64,000 bases of DNA, from positions 29,326,001 through 29,390,000 of the forward strand of contig NC_042997.1 in assembly GCF_006345805.1 (NCBI RefSeq), in the 5' to 3' direction. Shown here in pieces: positions 13,965-26,242 of this stretch (within the stretch, counting starts at the first letter, position 1; each line of letters begins with the position of its first letter). A model generated the notes under the pieces. It was not told the origin of the DNA. It saw nothing but the letters and a program-made list of their open reading frames with translations, and ran no database searches. The stretch comes from Octopus sinensis (lineage: Eukaryota). Position numbers and translations under genes: made by a program.

Positions 13965-14200
13965 AGAGGAGCGTATAGGCGATCACTGGTGAGGTTCAAA
14001 GAGAATGGTCGACAGTGCTCTATCAACATGGTTAAGCAGATGATAGGGGCTCGGTTAATGACATAGATGTTAAGGTATTATCAACGTATAGAACTGACAT
14101 GAGACTTAGACAGATCACAGAGGCTACGCATAAAAATAGACAGACCGTGTCTCAATAGAAACATAAATGGAACAATAATACCCACCAGCACCACACAACG
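13965..14200 (+). mobile_element. Possible PLE GIY-YIG endonuclease C-terminal remnant
   Basis: ERIGDHW..., then VKVLSTYRTDMRLRQITEATH (14069-14131), resembling the PLE DAMLRQIxEAV segment. Stops and frameshifts present. Confidence 0.5.
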
Positions 14201-15029
14201 TAACACGACTAAAGAGAGAGGGGAGAAAACGTACAAACAGGGTAATGCACACACAACAGATAATATTGCACATACTTCTGATAAAAAGGAAAAAAACAGA
14301 TAAATAGATAACAAGAAAAGAAAGCAGTATAAAGGTCACGGACACTAACAAAATACAGAGCGAAGACATATACACACTAAAACGCACATACTGTAACTTC
14401 ACACCTACAACAGCATCAAGAATGCGACCAACATCAATGAGAAGAGCAACAACGTTAACAATAAAGACTACCACGATGGCAGCAGCGTGGACGAACACAC
14501 AAACACAGAGAGATAAGGTAACGTACCAAAAGCGGAGCTCAAAAGTTGCAGCGGCAACCGCGGATGGGGAAGGGGTGAGCGGAGGCTGGGAGTGCTACGA
14601 AGAATAACGACAGTAATGTTCACAATATAAAAGGGCAAAAGCCCATATATATACACAGGCTCAGGGGAGAATATAGATGTTACGCAGACAACGACCGAAC
14701 CAAGAAAGAAAGGTCAGGCTTGGTCGAACACCGATCACGTGGGGAGATAAGGGAGTGAGAGTGGTAGAGGCAAAGGGAGAGAAGACATAAGGAGGGGCGA
14801 GAAAAATGACAGAGACACAGTGAAGTGAAAAGAGAAGGAAAAGTGAACATGAAGACAAGGCAATGAAATGTGAGAGAGGGAGAAACAAAGAACGAAGGGT
14901 GGAATGAACGAAATATGCGTGAATGTACTGATAGAAGAAGGAAAGAATAAAAGAATAAGAGAATACAGTCGTACAAGTTTTAGATAAATATATAGTTACA
15001 TAAAAGAGAACTAAGTGTAAGTACGCAGC

Positions 15030-15129
<100 letters not shown>

Positions 15130-15198
15130 TATAAAATGGTACAAGCATGCAAAGCATCTAGGCAGTTAGGTGATACAAGAAAGGGACAACAAAACATC

Positions 15199-15355
15199 CA
15201 GATAGACGATACAAAGAAAACAAGGACGGGTCAATCGAGGTTTACTTTCCTCGGGTGAGTTCCAACCAGCCGAAATTGCAACGATAATCTGGAACTCGAC
15301 TGAGGAAAGAAAACTCCGAATGACTCGTCCTTATTTTCTTTGTATCGCCTATCTG
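15199..15355. repeat. 157-bp hairpin: 66-bp inverted arms with 25-nt loop
   Basis: cagatagacgatacaaagaaaacaaggacgggtca...gagttcca (15199-15264) pairs with tggaactc...tgactcgtccttattttctttgtatcgcctatctg (15290-15355). Confidence 0.85.
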
Positions 15356-15429
15356 TATGTTTTGTTGTCCCTTTCTTTTGTCACCTAAATGTCTGGATGT
15401 TTTGTGTTCGTGTCCCATTTTCTATATAC

Positions 15430-15488
<59 letters not shown>

Positions 15489-16240
15489 CATTCTTATTAT
15501 TATTCACAAAACAGAAATTTATAATACAATATAATAAATTTGATATAATAAAATATATTATACTGATGTATGAGTAAAGTAGGATATACCCACATAAATC
15601 TATTTATATATGGACACGCATGCACATCTAACATACGTTCTTACTATTTTTACAATACATATTAATATTAATAAAGGCTAGGGCCAGCCGACATACGAGG
15701 TATCTTATGCTTTTTTGCAGTTTATTTAAGATAGATGTATGTTCTTTTCATTAATATACAACAGAGAAACAATACCAATTTATTTCTCAGCGCATGTTTT
15801 AGAATTGTGTTAGCTGTCCGTTCGTTCTTGGAAATATGCATTTCACGTTCCTGGGACAAGTTACCAATTTCCAAGTCTCCATTAGGCGTACAATTACCGT
15901 TTTTTTCTTTCCTTTCTTCAATATTTTGTATTAATACAGTTACCTATTGTTTCTATGTTGGGTGTCCATTCCGAATCTGAGCAGTTTTACAGCATTTCAA
16001 AATTAAAATCCCCGAATACATATGGATATATAGCTTTCCAGCACTGCATAATTTTTCAGGAACTTTTTCTCTCCATAAAAATTTATATTCACTTGCCTTG
16101 ACGTTTTTGAATTCACATTTCAAAACCTTATAAATAATTTGCGTCACTCTTGTGTAGTTTCTTATTAGTCCAAGTATCTGACCAAGAGTTCCTTTTTGAT
16201 TTAATATTTGTTATGTCATTCTCTTAATGTTACTTTCTTG

Positions 16241-16410
16241 GGAAAAAGATCATCGTTATATATTTCTGAGAAACCTCTTCTACATATTTTGATCAATATT
16301 TTTGTTTATCTTATATTTTCTTTTTTGGAAAAAAAAATCTTCGTTATATATTTCTGAGAAACCTCTTCTACATATTCTGATCAATCTTTTTGCCTATCTT
16401 ATATTTTCTT
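16241..16410. repeat. Tandem duplication, period about 88 bp
   Basis: tcgttatatatttctgagaaacctcttctacatatt starts at 16253 and 16341. Confidence 0.85.
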
Positions 16411-17111
16411 ATAAATCTCTTTGAACGCTTTGCTTCACTTGTGCATATAACGCTTTACTTCACTTGTAAGCTGTAACCATTTAAATCACATCACGAAAGC
16501 TTTTCTTTAAAATCTTCTATTCCCCTTTGAAGTCTTTTATTGAAAAGCTTAACTTCATTCCCAAATTTTTGATTTTGCCGTATATGTTTGACCCTTTTTT
16601 CTCTGTCTTAACACGATACATGCCAACTGAGGATAAGCAGTACAATATACGAGGTCATTTATACGAGATATTCTCAACTTTGATTTCGTTAATAATATCC
16701 CTCTTAATACATGAGATCTCGTTCTGAATCTGTTCCATGTCACGTTGAAATGATGAGGTAAGCTTGTATCTTCTTTTGTAATATACCTTACCATCGATAC
16801 AATAATTATTGTTGCTATTATGTTGGCCTGATTTATGATCCTTCTGACATTTCTTTTCAATTTTCTTACCTATCTCTTCGTACTTTTCATATTTTTCTCT
16901 CTGATGCGCTCTTCCATCTTCAAGAAACTCTATTGATTTCTTAACGTATTTGTTATAATATGCACGTTTTTGTTATGTTTGTGTGTGGGGGGATACATAA
17001 CAGTCTTTCTATCCATGTTTAGGGTCTCATTTTTCTGTATTCAACACGGTGATCCAAAATCTATTTTATATTATATACCTATCTACATGCATACAAACAT
17101 ACATATATACA

Positions 17112-17146
<35 letters not shown>

Positions 17147-17148
<2 letters not shown>

Positions 17149-17556
17149 TCTTTTACGTTTTATTCTTTTACTGGTTTCAGTCATTTGACTGCGGCCATGC
17201 TGGAGCACAGCCTTTAGTCGAGGATATCGACCCCATCACTTATTCTTTGTAAGCCTAGTCCTTATTCTATCAGTCTCTTTTGCCGAACCGCTAGGTTACC
17301 GGGACGTAAACACATCAGCATCGGTTGTCAAGCGATGTTGAGGGGGACAAACACAGGCACACAAATACACACACATATATATATACATATATACGACGGG
17401 CTTCTTTCAGTTTGCGTCTACCAAATCCACTCACAAGGCGTTGGTCGGCCCGAGGCTATAGTAGAAGACACTTGCGCAAGGTGCCACGCATGGGGACTGA
17501 ACCCTGAACCATGTGGTTGGTAAGCAAGCTACTTACCACACAGCCACTCCTGCGCC
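17147..17556 (-). mobile_element. Full-length tRNA-derived SINE family A
   Basis: Minus strand: A-box-like tggctgtgtggtaag, B-box-like ggttcagtccc, internal (TA)n(TG)n, and 3' tail ggctgtgctccagcatggccgcagtcaaatgactgaaaccagtaaaaga. Confidence 0.9.
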
Positions 17557-18917
17557 TATGTGTGTGTAAAATATATTGCTTTTATTTTTTTACATTGATT
17601 TTTCATTTTACTATTTCTTATATAACTTTAGAAATATATAATGCATTCTATAATATAGACAATTGTCACCACAACATCATATATTTTACATTACCTTAAA
17701 CCTGGCACGTTATACTAAATAATAGGATCGGGAAGCTTGACATAAATCTTGAGCCTGTTACAAGATATCATTCGTGAAATGGCATGAAATAACTCCACAT
17801 GTCACAGGTGAAATTATCATGAGGTCTGGGAGGCCAAGCAATCTCAGAGAACCACAGTTATTTGATGCGATCCATTTTCGAGGTATAATACAGAGTTCAA
17901 TATAGCAAACTTCAAAGCGTACTTCATTTCTTTTATCTATATTTGAAGGTGTTTAAAATCTAAGGAAAGGTATTCTTTTATTATGGTTCAAGGTCATCAA
18001 CCGCTGATTAATGTACAGGACTGGAGGAGTGTGAAGGTCGCTTAATGATTAAACAGTGATGCACATTAATTCAGTAATTTTTCTTTGGGTATTATTAATA
18101 TTAGTAATATTTTCTTTGGGGTTGAAAATTCCTTTTATGTTGGAGGCACAGTCACGAAATGCGGTTGTCGAAAATCAGAATACAGGAGCCCTAGCGCAGT
18201 ATAAATATTTTGCTTTCAGTTACGTCACGGATTATGAGGGCTTCGAATTATGACATTTGTCCCTATTACTTGACTCCATAATATCAGAGCGCCCTTCGAT
18301 TGCCCGAGAAAAAGTACTTCACTAACGCACGGTAGTGGATTGAGATAGGTTGTTGATTTTGTCACAACAAATTCGTATTACACAGTCCTTCCTTTTGGGG
18401 GCGGGAAGTCGCTCTGTGCAAGCCAACTGAACCTCAAACAGATATATTGAGCATTTAAAGTGAAGAAACAGTTATCTGAGGGATTCAAATTTTCAAGTTA
18501 TTGATGAATTCGATTTTAACAGTTTAAAAGATATCACTGAAGAATAGAACGTAATTCTAAAATTTTGATTCATATACTAAGTAAGTAACTTAAAATATAT
18601 TTTTAAAAGTATGCACCTATTAATGACATCTTTTTGCATGTTTTAAGCAGCAGTTAAAAGGCGAAAAGAACGTTTAATCTCATAGTTTCTCAGATTCTGA
18701 ACTAAGTTTATTGCCACAGTGAGCCAAAAATGAATCAGTTTTGAAGAAAGGATTTAGATTTACCTTTGATGAAGCTAGACAGTATAAATATATTTGACAT
18801 TTACACTACAAATTTTATACTTTTATACATTTGTTCCACTGTCATGAATTAAGAGCTTGTGCTGAGCAACTTCGGATCACTCCACCTGAATGCCTCAGGC
18901 ATTACTAAACCCTGTGT

Positions 18918-19295
18918 GGAGGCGCAATGGGCCAGTGGTTAGGGCAGCGAACTCGCGGTCGTAGGATCGCGGTTTCGATTCCCAGACCGGGCGTTGTGAG
19001 TGTTTATTGAGCGAAAACACCTAAAGCTCCACGAGGTTCCGGCAGGGATGGTGGTGATCCCTGCTGTACTCTTTCACCACAACTTTCTCACACTCTTACT
19101 TCCTGTTTCTGTTGTACCTGTATTTCAAAGGGCCGGCCTTGTCACTCTCTGTCTCACGCTGAATATCCCCGAGAACTACGTTAAGGGTACACGTGTCTGT
19201 GGAGTGCTCAGCCACTTACACGTTCATTTCACGAGCAGGCTGTTACGTTGATCGGATCAACCGGAACCCTCGTCGTCGTAACCGATGGAGTGCTT
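18918..19295 (+). mobile_element. tRNA-derived SINE family B, copy 1, with ~14-bp TSD
   Basis: Head ggaggcgcaatgggccagtggttagggcagc...gtttcgattcccagacc. Highly similar to 38429-38815. Flanks actaaaccctgtgt (18904-18917) and actaaaacctgtat (19302-19315) match 12/14. Confidence 0.9.
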
Positions 19296-20171
19296 CCATC
19301 CACTAAAACCTGTATTTCCGATTTATTCACAATCTTTGCGGACGGTTACGTGGTCTGCGTATTTTTCCGAGTACGTAATACAAGGTCAGTGTTCTAGGTA
19401 TATAAGAGCAGCGTATCAAGTCATGATAATTAAGATATGTTGGGTAAGTCGTCAGATTCTGGGCTTTCAGTTGTTTTCTTGACTGATTTCGTTTCCCTAT
19501 TTTTTAATCGTACATTGTTAGGTCATATGGTTATCTAAATATCTGAAAAATACGTTCGATGTTTATAATTATAATTACAAGATTCTTCCTTTCTTTTTAG
19601 GTAGATATTGTTTGGTATTTCAGATGACAAATCAATTGGCACTCATCCCCTCTTACAGTATTTATATTATACATCTTAACCAGTTTTTCTAAGTAAATAT
19701 TCACGACACTTTTAATAGTAGCCTTCTTTTCCATAATACAATTTGTGTTGTATCTATACTATATGCTGTTCTTCCAATTTTATTTCTATATAATCTTTAA
19801 TTATATTTACAGTGACTTAGTCATAAATATAACTTAGAAATATGAGATAATTCTTGCAATATTTTTATAAAATACATTTTTAATTTGGTATATATAAAGA
19901 GAATTAAATATAGTTTCCGATGGTTTTTCTTTTTTTAGAAACAAAACCAATTAAGCCCTACCTTATAGTTTATGGCAAACTGTCAAAATGAACACATTAA
20001 TTGAGAGATCACATAAATTATTAATTTCTTGTGCCGTTTTACTTAAAATATCGAGCAATAAACACGCTAATTTCGATTCGCACCTCTGTATACGGTCACT
20101 AGATATAATTACCTTTTATCGATTATTATTAATAATGCATTTTTAATTTTTCCGTTTAATATGGCATCAAT

Positions 20172-20218
<47 letters not shown>

Positions 20219-20227
20219 ATATATATG

Positions 20228-21087
20228 TTCCATATAAAATCAGTGTACATTTAAACACAAAAGGAGATGACCGTTAACAGGCCACCTTACATGCTAGAAA
20301 GAGCAGTCGAAACGTTCAAAACCACATTTAAGAGAATTTCCAAGGGAAGGAAGAATAAAAACTTTTACCATGTTTTTTACAGACAGACCTACATTTCGAA
20401 CTTAAATTAGCAAATAAAATAATTTGCTAGGCGACGTTCTCATCAATGGGTACGCCAAACTTTAATATATAATTTAGAGACTCAATAACATATGTCTCCT
20501 CATTATATATTATAATCTTTCAAATTCACCGCGCAAGCGCAGTTTCAGTCGGCAGGAAATTTTTTTAAATGCCTACTAACTTCCGAAATAACTAAAATCA
20601 TATTCTTAAAATAATATAGGGTAGCAACATTTTTAGAAATCTTTCTACCAGAGGCCTAGCATGTATAAAAAGTGAATAGAAAAAAATTTTTTCCATATAA
20701 AATTTGTGTACATTTAAACACAAAAATCAGGTGACCCAGTCGGCATTTTTTTATCTGCTGCCGACTGAAACTGCGCTTGCGCCGTGAATTTGAAAACTTA
20801 TAATATATAATAATGAGACGCGTGTTATTCTGTGTTTAAATTATGTGCTAATGTTTGGCAAACCCACTGATGAGAACTTCGCCTGCCAAATTATTTTATT
20901 TGCTAATTAAATTTCGAAACCTCGTCTGGCTGTAAAAAAACATGGTAAATTTTATTTATTTTTCATTCCCTTGGAAATTGCTCTTAAATGTGGTTTTAAA
21001 CTCTTTGACTTCACCTTCCAGAATGTAAGGCGGTCTGCTAAGGGTCATCTCTTTTTGCGTTTAAATGTACACTAACTTTATATGGAA
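20228..21087. mobile_element. 860-bp foldback with ~345-bp inverted arms, each carrying a hammerhead-like motif
   Basis: 20228-20573 is the reverse complement of 20742-21087. The terminal ~45 bp recurs at 20691-20737. CTGATGA...GAAAC-ctc-GTC at 20867-20926. Confidence 0.85.
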
Positions 21088-21171
21088 AATATGTTGTCTA
21101 TTGACTATTTATACATGGTAGGCCACTAGTAGAAACGTTTCTAAAACTCTTGCTACCCTGTGTTATTTTAA

Positions 21172-21247
<76 letters not shown>

Positions 21248-22853
21248 TGTGTGTGTGTTTGTATGCGCACTGAGAGAGAGGTTTGTGTTAGTATATATGT
21301 ATATAGACAGATAGACTTTTATATGTGTAAATCTATGCATGCAGGTATTCATGTAAATGACTATATGTGTAGGTATGTAAGTCTGCATTTATACATTTTA
21401 TATTCAATACAATCCTACAACGCTGGAAAATTATTCTAATCGTAAATCTTATTTATTAATTAAAAATACAAATATAAGATTGTTTCCATTTAATTTTTCA
21501 ACACATTTAATATCGATAAATCACCACCAGAAATTTTCTTTTTCTCTTGCAAAAGAGTCACCGTTATGCGCCAATATTGGACGTAATAATTTGTTCATCA
21601 TTTAAATTATAAATATAAAATATATGAAAGTAATTTAATATGTTTTAAAAAATACACAAAAAAAATAATGCAAATTTCTGGGAAAGATCTACCAGCGATG
21701 ATGATGATGATGATGATGATGATGAGGATGATTGATGATGATTGATGATGACAGCGGTAACGACGGCGTTATTACCGATTTCCACTTCGTTACTGCATCG
21801 TTCTCGTTTTTCATTAGCAAGGTTATTTTCATTAGTTAGCTTACTACAAACATTCCCATTTCCACAAATAGCAAACTGCATGTTTTATCTAACATATTCT
21901 ATTTCGTTATACTTAAGTTAATATTTCTATGCTTGCATGAATGGTTGAAACATGTTCTTTAAATCTCGATTTTATTTTTGCCAGAAAGTCGTATTTCCTA
22001 AAAGTTTACCAAAATGTTTTACAGTTTTTATTTCTCTGAACTCGTAACTATTGATAATTGCTTGTAGCTGAATTTCATATTTAGTATATAAATCTTTTAT
22101 TACTATTCTTATGGCTGTAAAAAGTTCTGTTATGATTTTATATCTATATCTTTATATCATGAATAATGTCTATCCCAGTTTCCTCACTTTTCATTTCAGT
22201 ATCTTCAAAAATAAAATGTTCATATATATTAAGACAAAAAATATTCATTTTCCATTTTTTATTGTTTCCATTAAAATTTTTTTTTGCCATAATATGTTCG
22301 AACCTGTTTTATAAATAATTTTATGTTTTTAAAAGTAACGAATGTTTATATTGCAGTTATATTTGCGGAATTTTCTACACACCGACCAGTATATATTAGT
22401 CATGCGTTATCTTTCTATAGAATATGTGTATCGATCTCGTTAAAAGAGATAATACCAGTTACGTAAGTAAAGCCTTTAAAATGTTTGATTTAAGGAATGT
22501 TCTTACGACCATTGTATCGATGAAAGACGAATTGGAAATGATATACACTGAAATATTGCTGAATATAGTTCTATGGGAAATGAGAAAATTTAATGAAAAT
22601 GTAGTTTGACAGAAACACAAATGCTATTATGAACCATAGCATATTATTTTCATAATAATTTGTTTTAGAGTAATTTGTCTGGAAGTTAATTATATTTAGA
22701 CATGGGGCGTAATGGTTTATAGAATTGTTATGAATATTACTCTTATGGTTCCCAATTGATACCCGTTTGTTATTTCCTATCCTATTTAGGTTTTCATTTA
22801 AGTAGTCACAATTTTCATTATTAAGTATTTTGTTTTTGGCCTCGTATCTATTG

Positions 22854-24829
22854 GGGGATCTCATCAGGGATCAAGGCAAGCAAATGGATAGATGGGTGGA
22901 GCACTACTAGGATCTCTACTCACGGGAGACTACAGTGGCTGAGGCTGCAGTCGAGAGTGTCAAGATCTTGCCAGTCATGTGCGAACTTGACAGTCCGCCA
23001 TCTATAGCAGAGCTCACCAAGGCTGTTGACTCCCTAGCAAGAAATAAGGCTCCGGGAAAAGACGGCATCCCCTCAGAGATCATCAAAGCCGGCAAAAACA
23101 CCATCCTGCTTCGGCACCTTCATGAGCTTCTGTGTCAGTGCTGGGAAGAGGGTACAGTCCCTCAGGATATGCGGGATGCCAACATCATTACGCTCTACAA
23201 AAACAAAGGTGACCGTGGTGATTGTAACAATTACCGTGGTATATCCCTTCTAAGCACTGTTGGAAAGACCTTTGCCCGCGTTATCCTGGCCAGGCTACAA
23301 CTACTTGCTTCTCGAATCTATCCGGAATCGCAGTGTAGCTTTAGAAGAAGCAGATCAACTATCGATATGATATTCTCCATACGCCAACTTCAGGAGAAGT
23401 CCAGAGAGCAGAAAATGCCATTATATATGGCCTTCATTGATCTAACAAAGGCTTTTGACTCGGTAAGCAGAACAGGCCTCTTCTTCCTGCTCCAAAATAT
23501 CGGATGTCCACCAAAGCTGCTGAGGATCATCAAGTCTTTCCATGATGACATGCAAGGCACCATACAGCACAACGGTTCAACATCAGCCGCCTTCCAAATA
23601 AAAAACGGGGTAAAGCAAGGCTGTGTCCTCGCTCCTACATTGTTTGGCATCTTCTTCTCACTCTTGCTGTCACATGCCTTTCAGACATCAGATGATGGAG
23701 TGTTTCTGCATAGTAGAAGTGACGGGAAACTGTTCAATCTCTCGCGCCTGCGTGCCAAGACCAAAATCAGAAACGTCCTGATCAAGGAGATGTTATTTGC
23801 TGATGATGCCGCTCTGGTAACACACACAGAAGAAGCCCTCCAAAGGCTCATTAACTGTTTTGAGCAAGCATGTAACGACTTTGGCTTAGCTATCAGCCTT
23901 AAGAAGACCAACATCATGGGCCAGGCTACATCGGACATCCCAAACATACATATTGGAGACCACAGATTACAAGAGGTGGAGAAGTTTACAAATCTGGGCT
24001 CTACCGTCACCTACAACCTATCCCTTGACGCTGAGATCAATATACGCATTGGCAAGGCAGCTGCTGCGATGGCCCAACTCTCCAAACGGGCTTGGGACAA
24101 CAATAAGCTGACCAAGACCACAAAAATGAAGATCTACCAAGCATGTGTACTCATCACTCTACTGTATGGAAGCGAGACCTGGACGCTATACACACGCCAA
24201 GAGCGTCGCCTAAACATCTTTCACCTGCGCTGCCTCCGAAAAATCCTCCACATCAAATGGCAGAATCATATCCCCAACAAAGATGTCCTCAGGCAAGCAG
24301 GAATACCAAGCATGTTTGCACTCCTCACACAAAGACGTATGAGATGGCTTGGGCATGTTAGCCGTATGAAATATGGCAGAATCCCCAAGGACATACCCTA
24401 TGGAGAGCTTGCTAGGGGTACTAGGTCTGTGGGTAGACCGATCTTACGTTACAAGGATGTTTGCAAAAGGGATATGAAGGCCTGCAACATCAACATTAGC
24501 GGTTGGGAGGCAGTCGCCGGCAACCGTGGAGAATGGCGACGTACAGTAAAAGAGGGTATACAGAGGAGTGACAGAAAGAGAGAGGAGAAATGGAAAGAAA
24601 GGAAGAGACATAAACAAGAGACCATGGCACTACAACCAGCCAGGAACAGTCTTCGCTACATTTGCAGTACCTGCCAGAGGGAGTGTCTGTCCAGGATAGG
24701 ACTACACAGCCACAGCAAGAAATGTAACAGGAAATAAAATATAACAGCCGGACTAGACCTAGAAAAAAAAAAAAAAAAAAAGCGCAACTCCATTGTCTCC
24801 CGAGACAGAAAGGATGCCAAACAAACAAA
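22854..24829 (+). mobile_element. RTE-clade (BovB/RTE-1-like) LINE, 5'-truncated, with 8-bp TSD
   Basis: TSD atctattg at 22846-22853 and 24830-24837. 3' UTR has a tgtct-cccg-agaca hairpin and a short (CAAA)n tail, and the body encodes an RTE-type RT. Confidence 0.95.
22935..24737 (+). CDS. RTE reverse transcriptase ORF (600 aa, no endonuclease domain)
   Basis: NYRGISLLS, FIDLTKAFDSV, GVKQGCVLAPTLF, LFADD, RRMRWLGHV and C-terminal CxxC...HxxxC (CSTCQRECLSRIGLHSHSKKC). The GTG start is an ORF-finder artefact: the frame continues upstream through TAG at 22908-22910 (RWVEHY*DLYSRE). Confidence 0.9.
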   Translation: MAEAAVESVKILPVMCELDSPPSIAELTKAVDSLARNKAPGKDGIPSEIIKAGKNTILLRHLHELLCQCWEEGTVPQDMRDANIITLYKNKGDRGDCNNYRGISLLSTVGKTFARVILARLQLLASRIYPESQCSFRRSRSTIDMIFSIRQLQEKSREQKMPLYMAFIDLTKAFDSVSRTGLFFLLQNIGCPPKLLRIIKSFHDDMQGTIQHNGSTSAAFQIKNGVKQGCVLAPTLFGIFFSLLLSHAFQTSDDGVFLHSRSDGKLFNLSRLRAKTKIRNVLIKEMLFADDAALVTHTEEALQRLINCFEQACNDFGLAISLKKTNIMGQATSDIPNIHIGDHRLQEVEKFTNLGSTVTYNLSLDAEINIRIGKAAAAMAQLSKRAWDNNKLTKTTKMKIYQACVLITLLYGSETWTLYTRQERRLNIFHLRCLRKILHIKWQNHIPNKDVLRQAGIPSMFALLTQRRMRWLGHVSRMKYGRIPKDIPYGELARGTRSVGRPILRYKDVCKRDMKACNINISGWEAVAGNRGEWRRTVKEGIQRSDRKREEKWKERKRHKQETMALQPARNSLRYICSTCQRECLSRIGLHSHSKKCNRK

Positions 24830-26107
24830 ATCTATTGAATAATCTTTAGTTTCTCACTGTTTCTATCCTTGTTATAGGTGTTTTGTTTTATTTATGCTTT
24901 CTATTTGTTTCTTGGTGTTTATTCTTAAATTAATGTTATCCATTTTATATGGAATTTCAGCTGTAAATATGTTATTCTTATGTATGTTTTCCTCTATTTT
25001 CACCTCACTAATGTGAATTCCATTTTGTGTGTAGTTCATATTAAAATTTACGTTTCGTCCATACTATTATAATTCTTGTTTTTATCTTGCTTAATGCTTA
25101 TAGTTCTTACTATTAGATTTTTCGTTTGGTCTAACGTATTTTAATTTCTGCAGATATCCTGCCTTACTTAGTGTTAAGTTGTAATAGTCAACCTTCAGTA
25201 AAACTTTACTTATCGATCGAAAGATTAGAAATGTTTTTGATATATTTTCAACTAATCTATGTGTAATGCGTCTTGGGTGGTTACTGTTTCTATATTAAGG
25301 TTAACGTCCAAGAAATTGAGTGAATTATGTTCGCTTTCGATAGTGATGGATGGCTATATGTCTTGAAGAATTTTTATATTATATATGCCTATATTCCTTA
25401 TATATTCCTTATGGATGCATAATCTGTTATTAGGTAGGCTATCAATTGTAAAAAGTGCATCATCCCTGCATAGATTGCCTCGGAGCTACGGAAACTCCTT
25501 ACCCAAGTTAAATAATATATATACTCTCACTAAATTTATGATATTTTCTGAGTCAGCAGATCCTATTGTAATGTCAATGCTATTACTAGTGCCCTTCGCA
25601 CCCAATATTTGATATCAAATTTTATACTTGTCTTCCTAACTGCTAGAATTATGTTGATTTCACTCATGCTTAAATTACAATTCTTTTTCGAAAGTAAGTG
25701 GGCCTCTAAATAACACGAAATAAATTCCATAAAGGGGGAAATGTGGTATGGCGTAGTTCTTCAGAGTTGCAAATAGCCATTGTCCTCCATAATCGTAGTT
25801 TAACGTCTAGCTATTTTTAGAACAGAATCCAACGACACACGTGCTGACACAAACGGACACACATACACATGCTGCTATTTAGTATGCAATGAACACTCCT
25901 TTCATTAGGATGTAAATAAATATATGTAAATTTCGTTTGAAGAGATTTCTACCTTTTAAATTCATAGAGCAATGATAATGGAAAAATATTAATGAAGGTG
26001 AGAAAATGAAACGTACGTAGGCGACGTGAAATTGACTATTATATAAATATATTGATTTCTGTGTTCACACTCCCTATTTCCTTTACATTATATATATATA
26101 CATATGT

Positions 26108-26242
26108 AAGTAGCTTGCTTACCAACCACCCACATATATATATATATATAGGTATGTATATATACATATACATATATATAGAAGTAGCTTGCTTACCAAC
26201 CACATGGTTCCGGGTTCAGTCCCACTGCATGGCATCTTGGGC
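26108..26242 (+). mobile_element. SINE family A 5' fragment with duplicated 22-bp head segment
   Basis: aagtagcttgcttaccaaccac at 26108-26129 and 26182-26203, followed by ggttccgggttcagtcccactgc. Confidence 0.75.

Noticed and set aside
15296-15332. CTGAGGA...GAAT motif in the 157-bp hairpin, and a similar CTGAAGA motif near 13590-13630 (-)
   Set aside because: Stem II does not close and the GAAA core is broken.
15750-16950. Possible further PLE ORF remnant on the minus strand
   Set aside because: Only vague motif echoes; too degraded to list as a feature.
18918-18995. tRNA gene calls for SINE heads (also 38429, 42290-42430, 53291)
   Set aside because: A/B boxes are present, but the heads run into SINE bodies or microsatellite tails and I could not draw complete cloverleaves.
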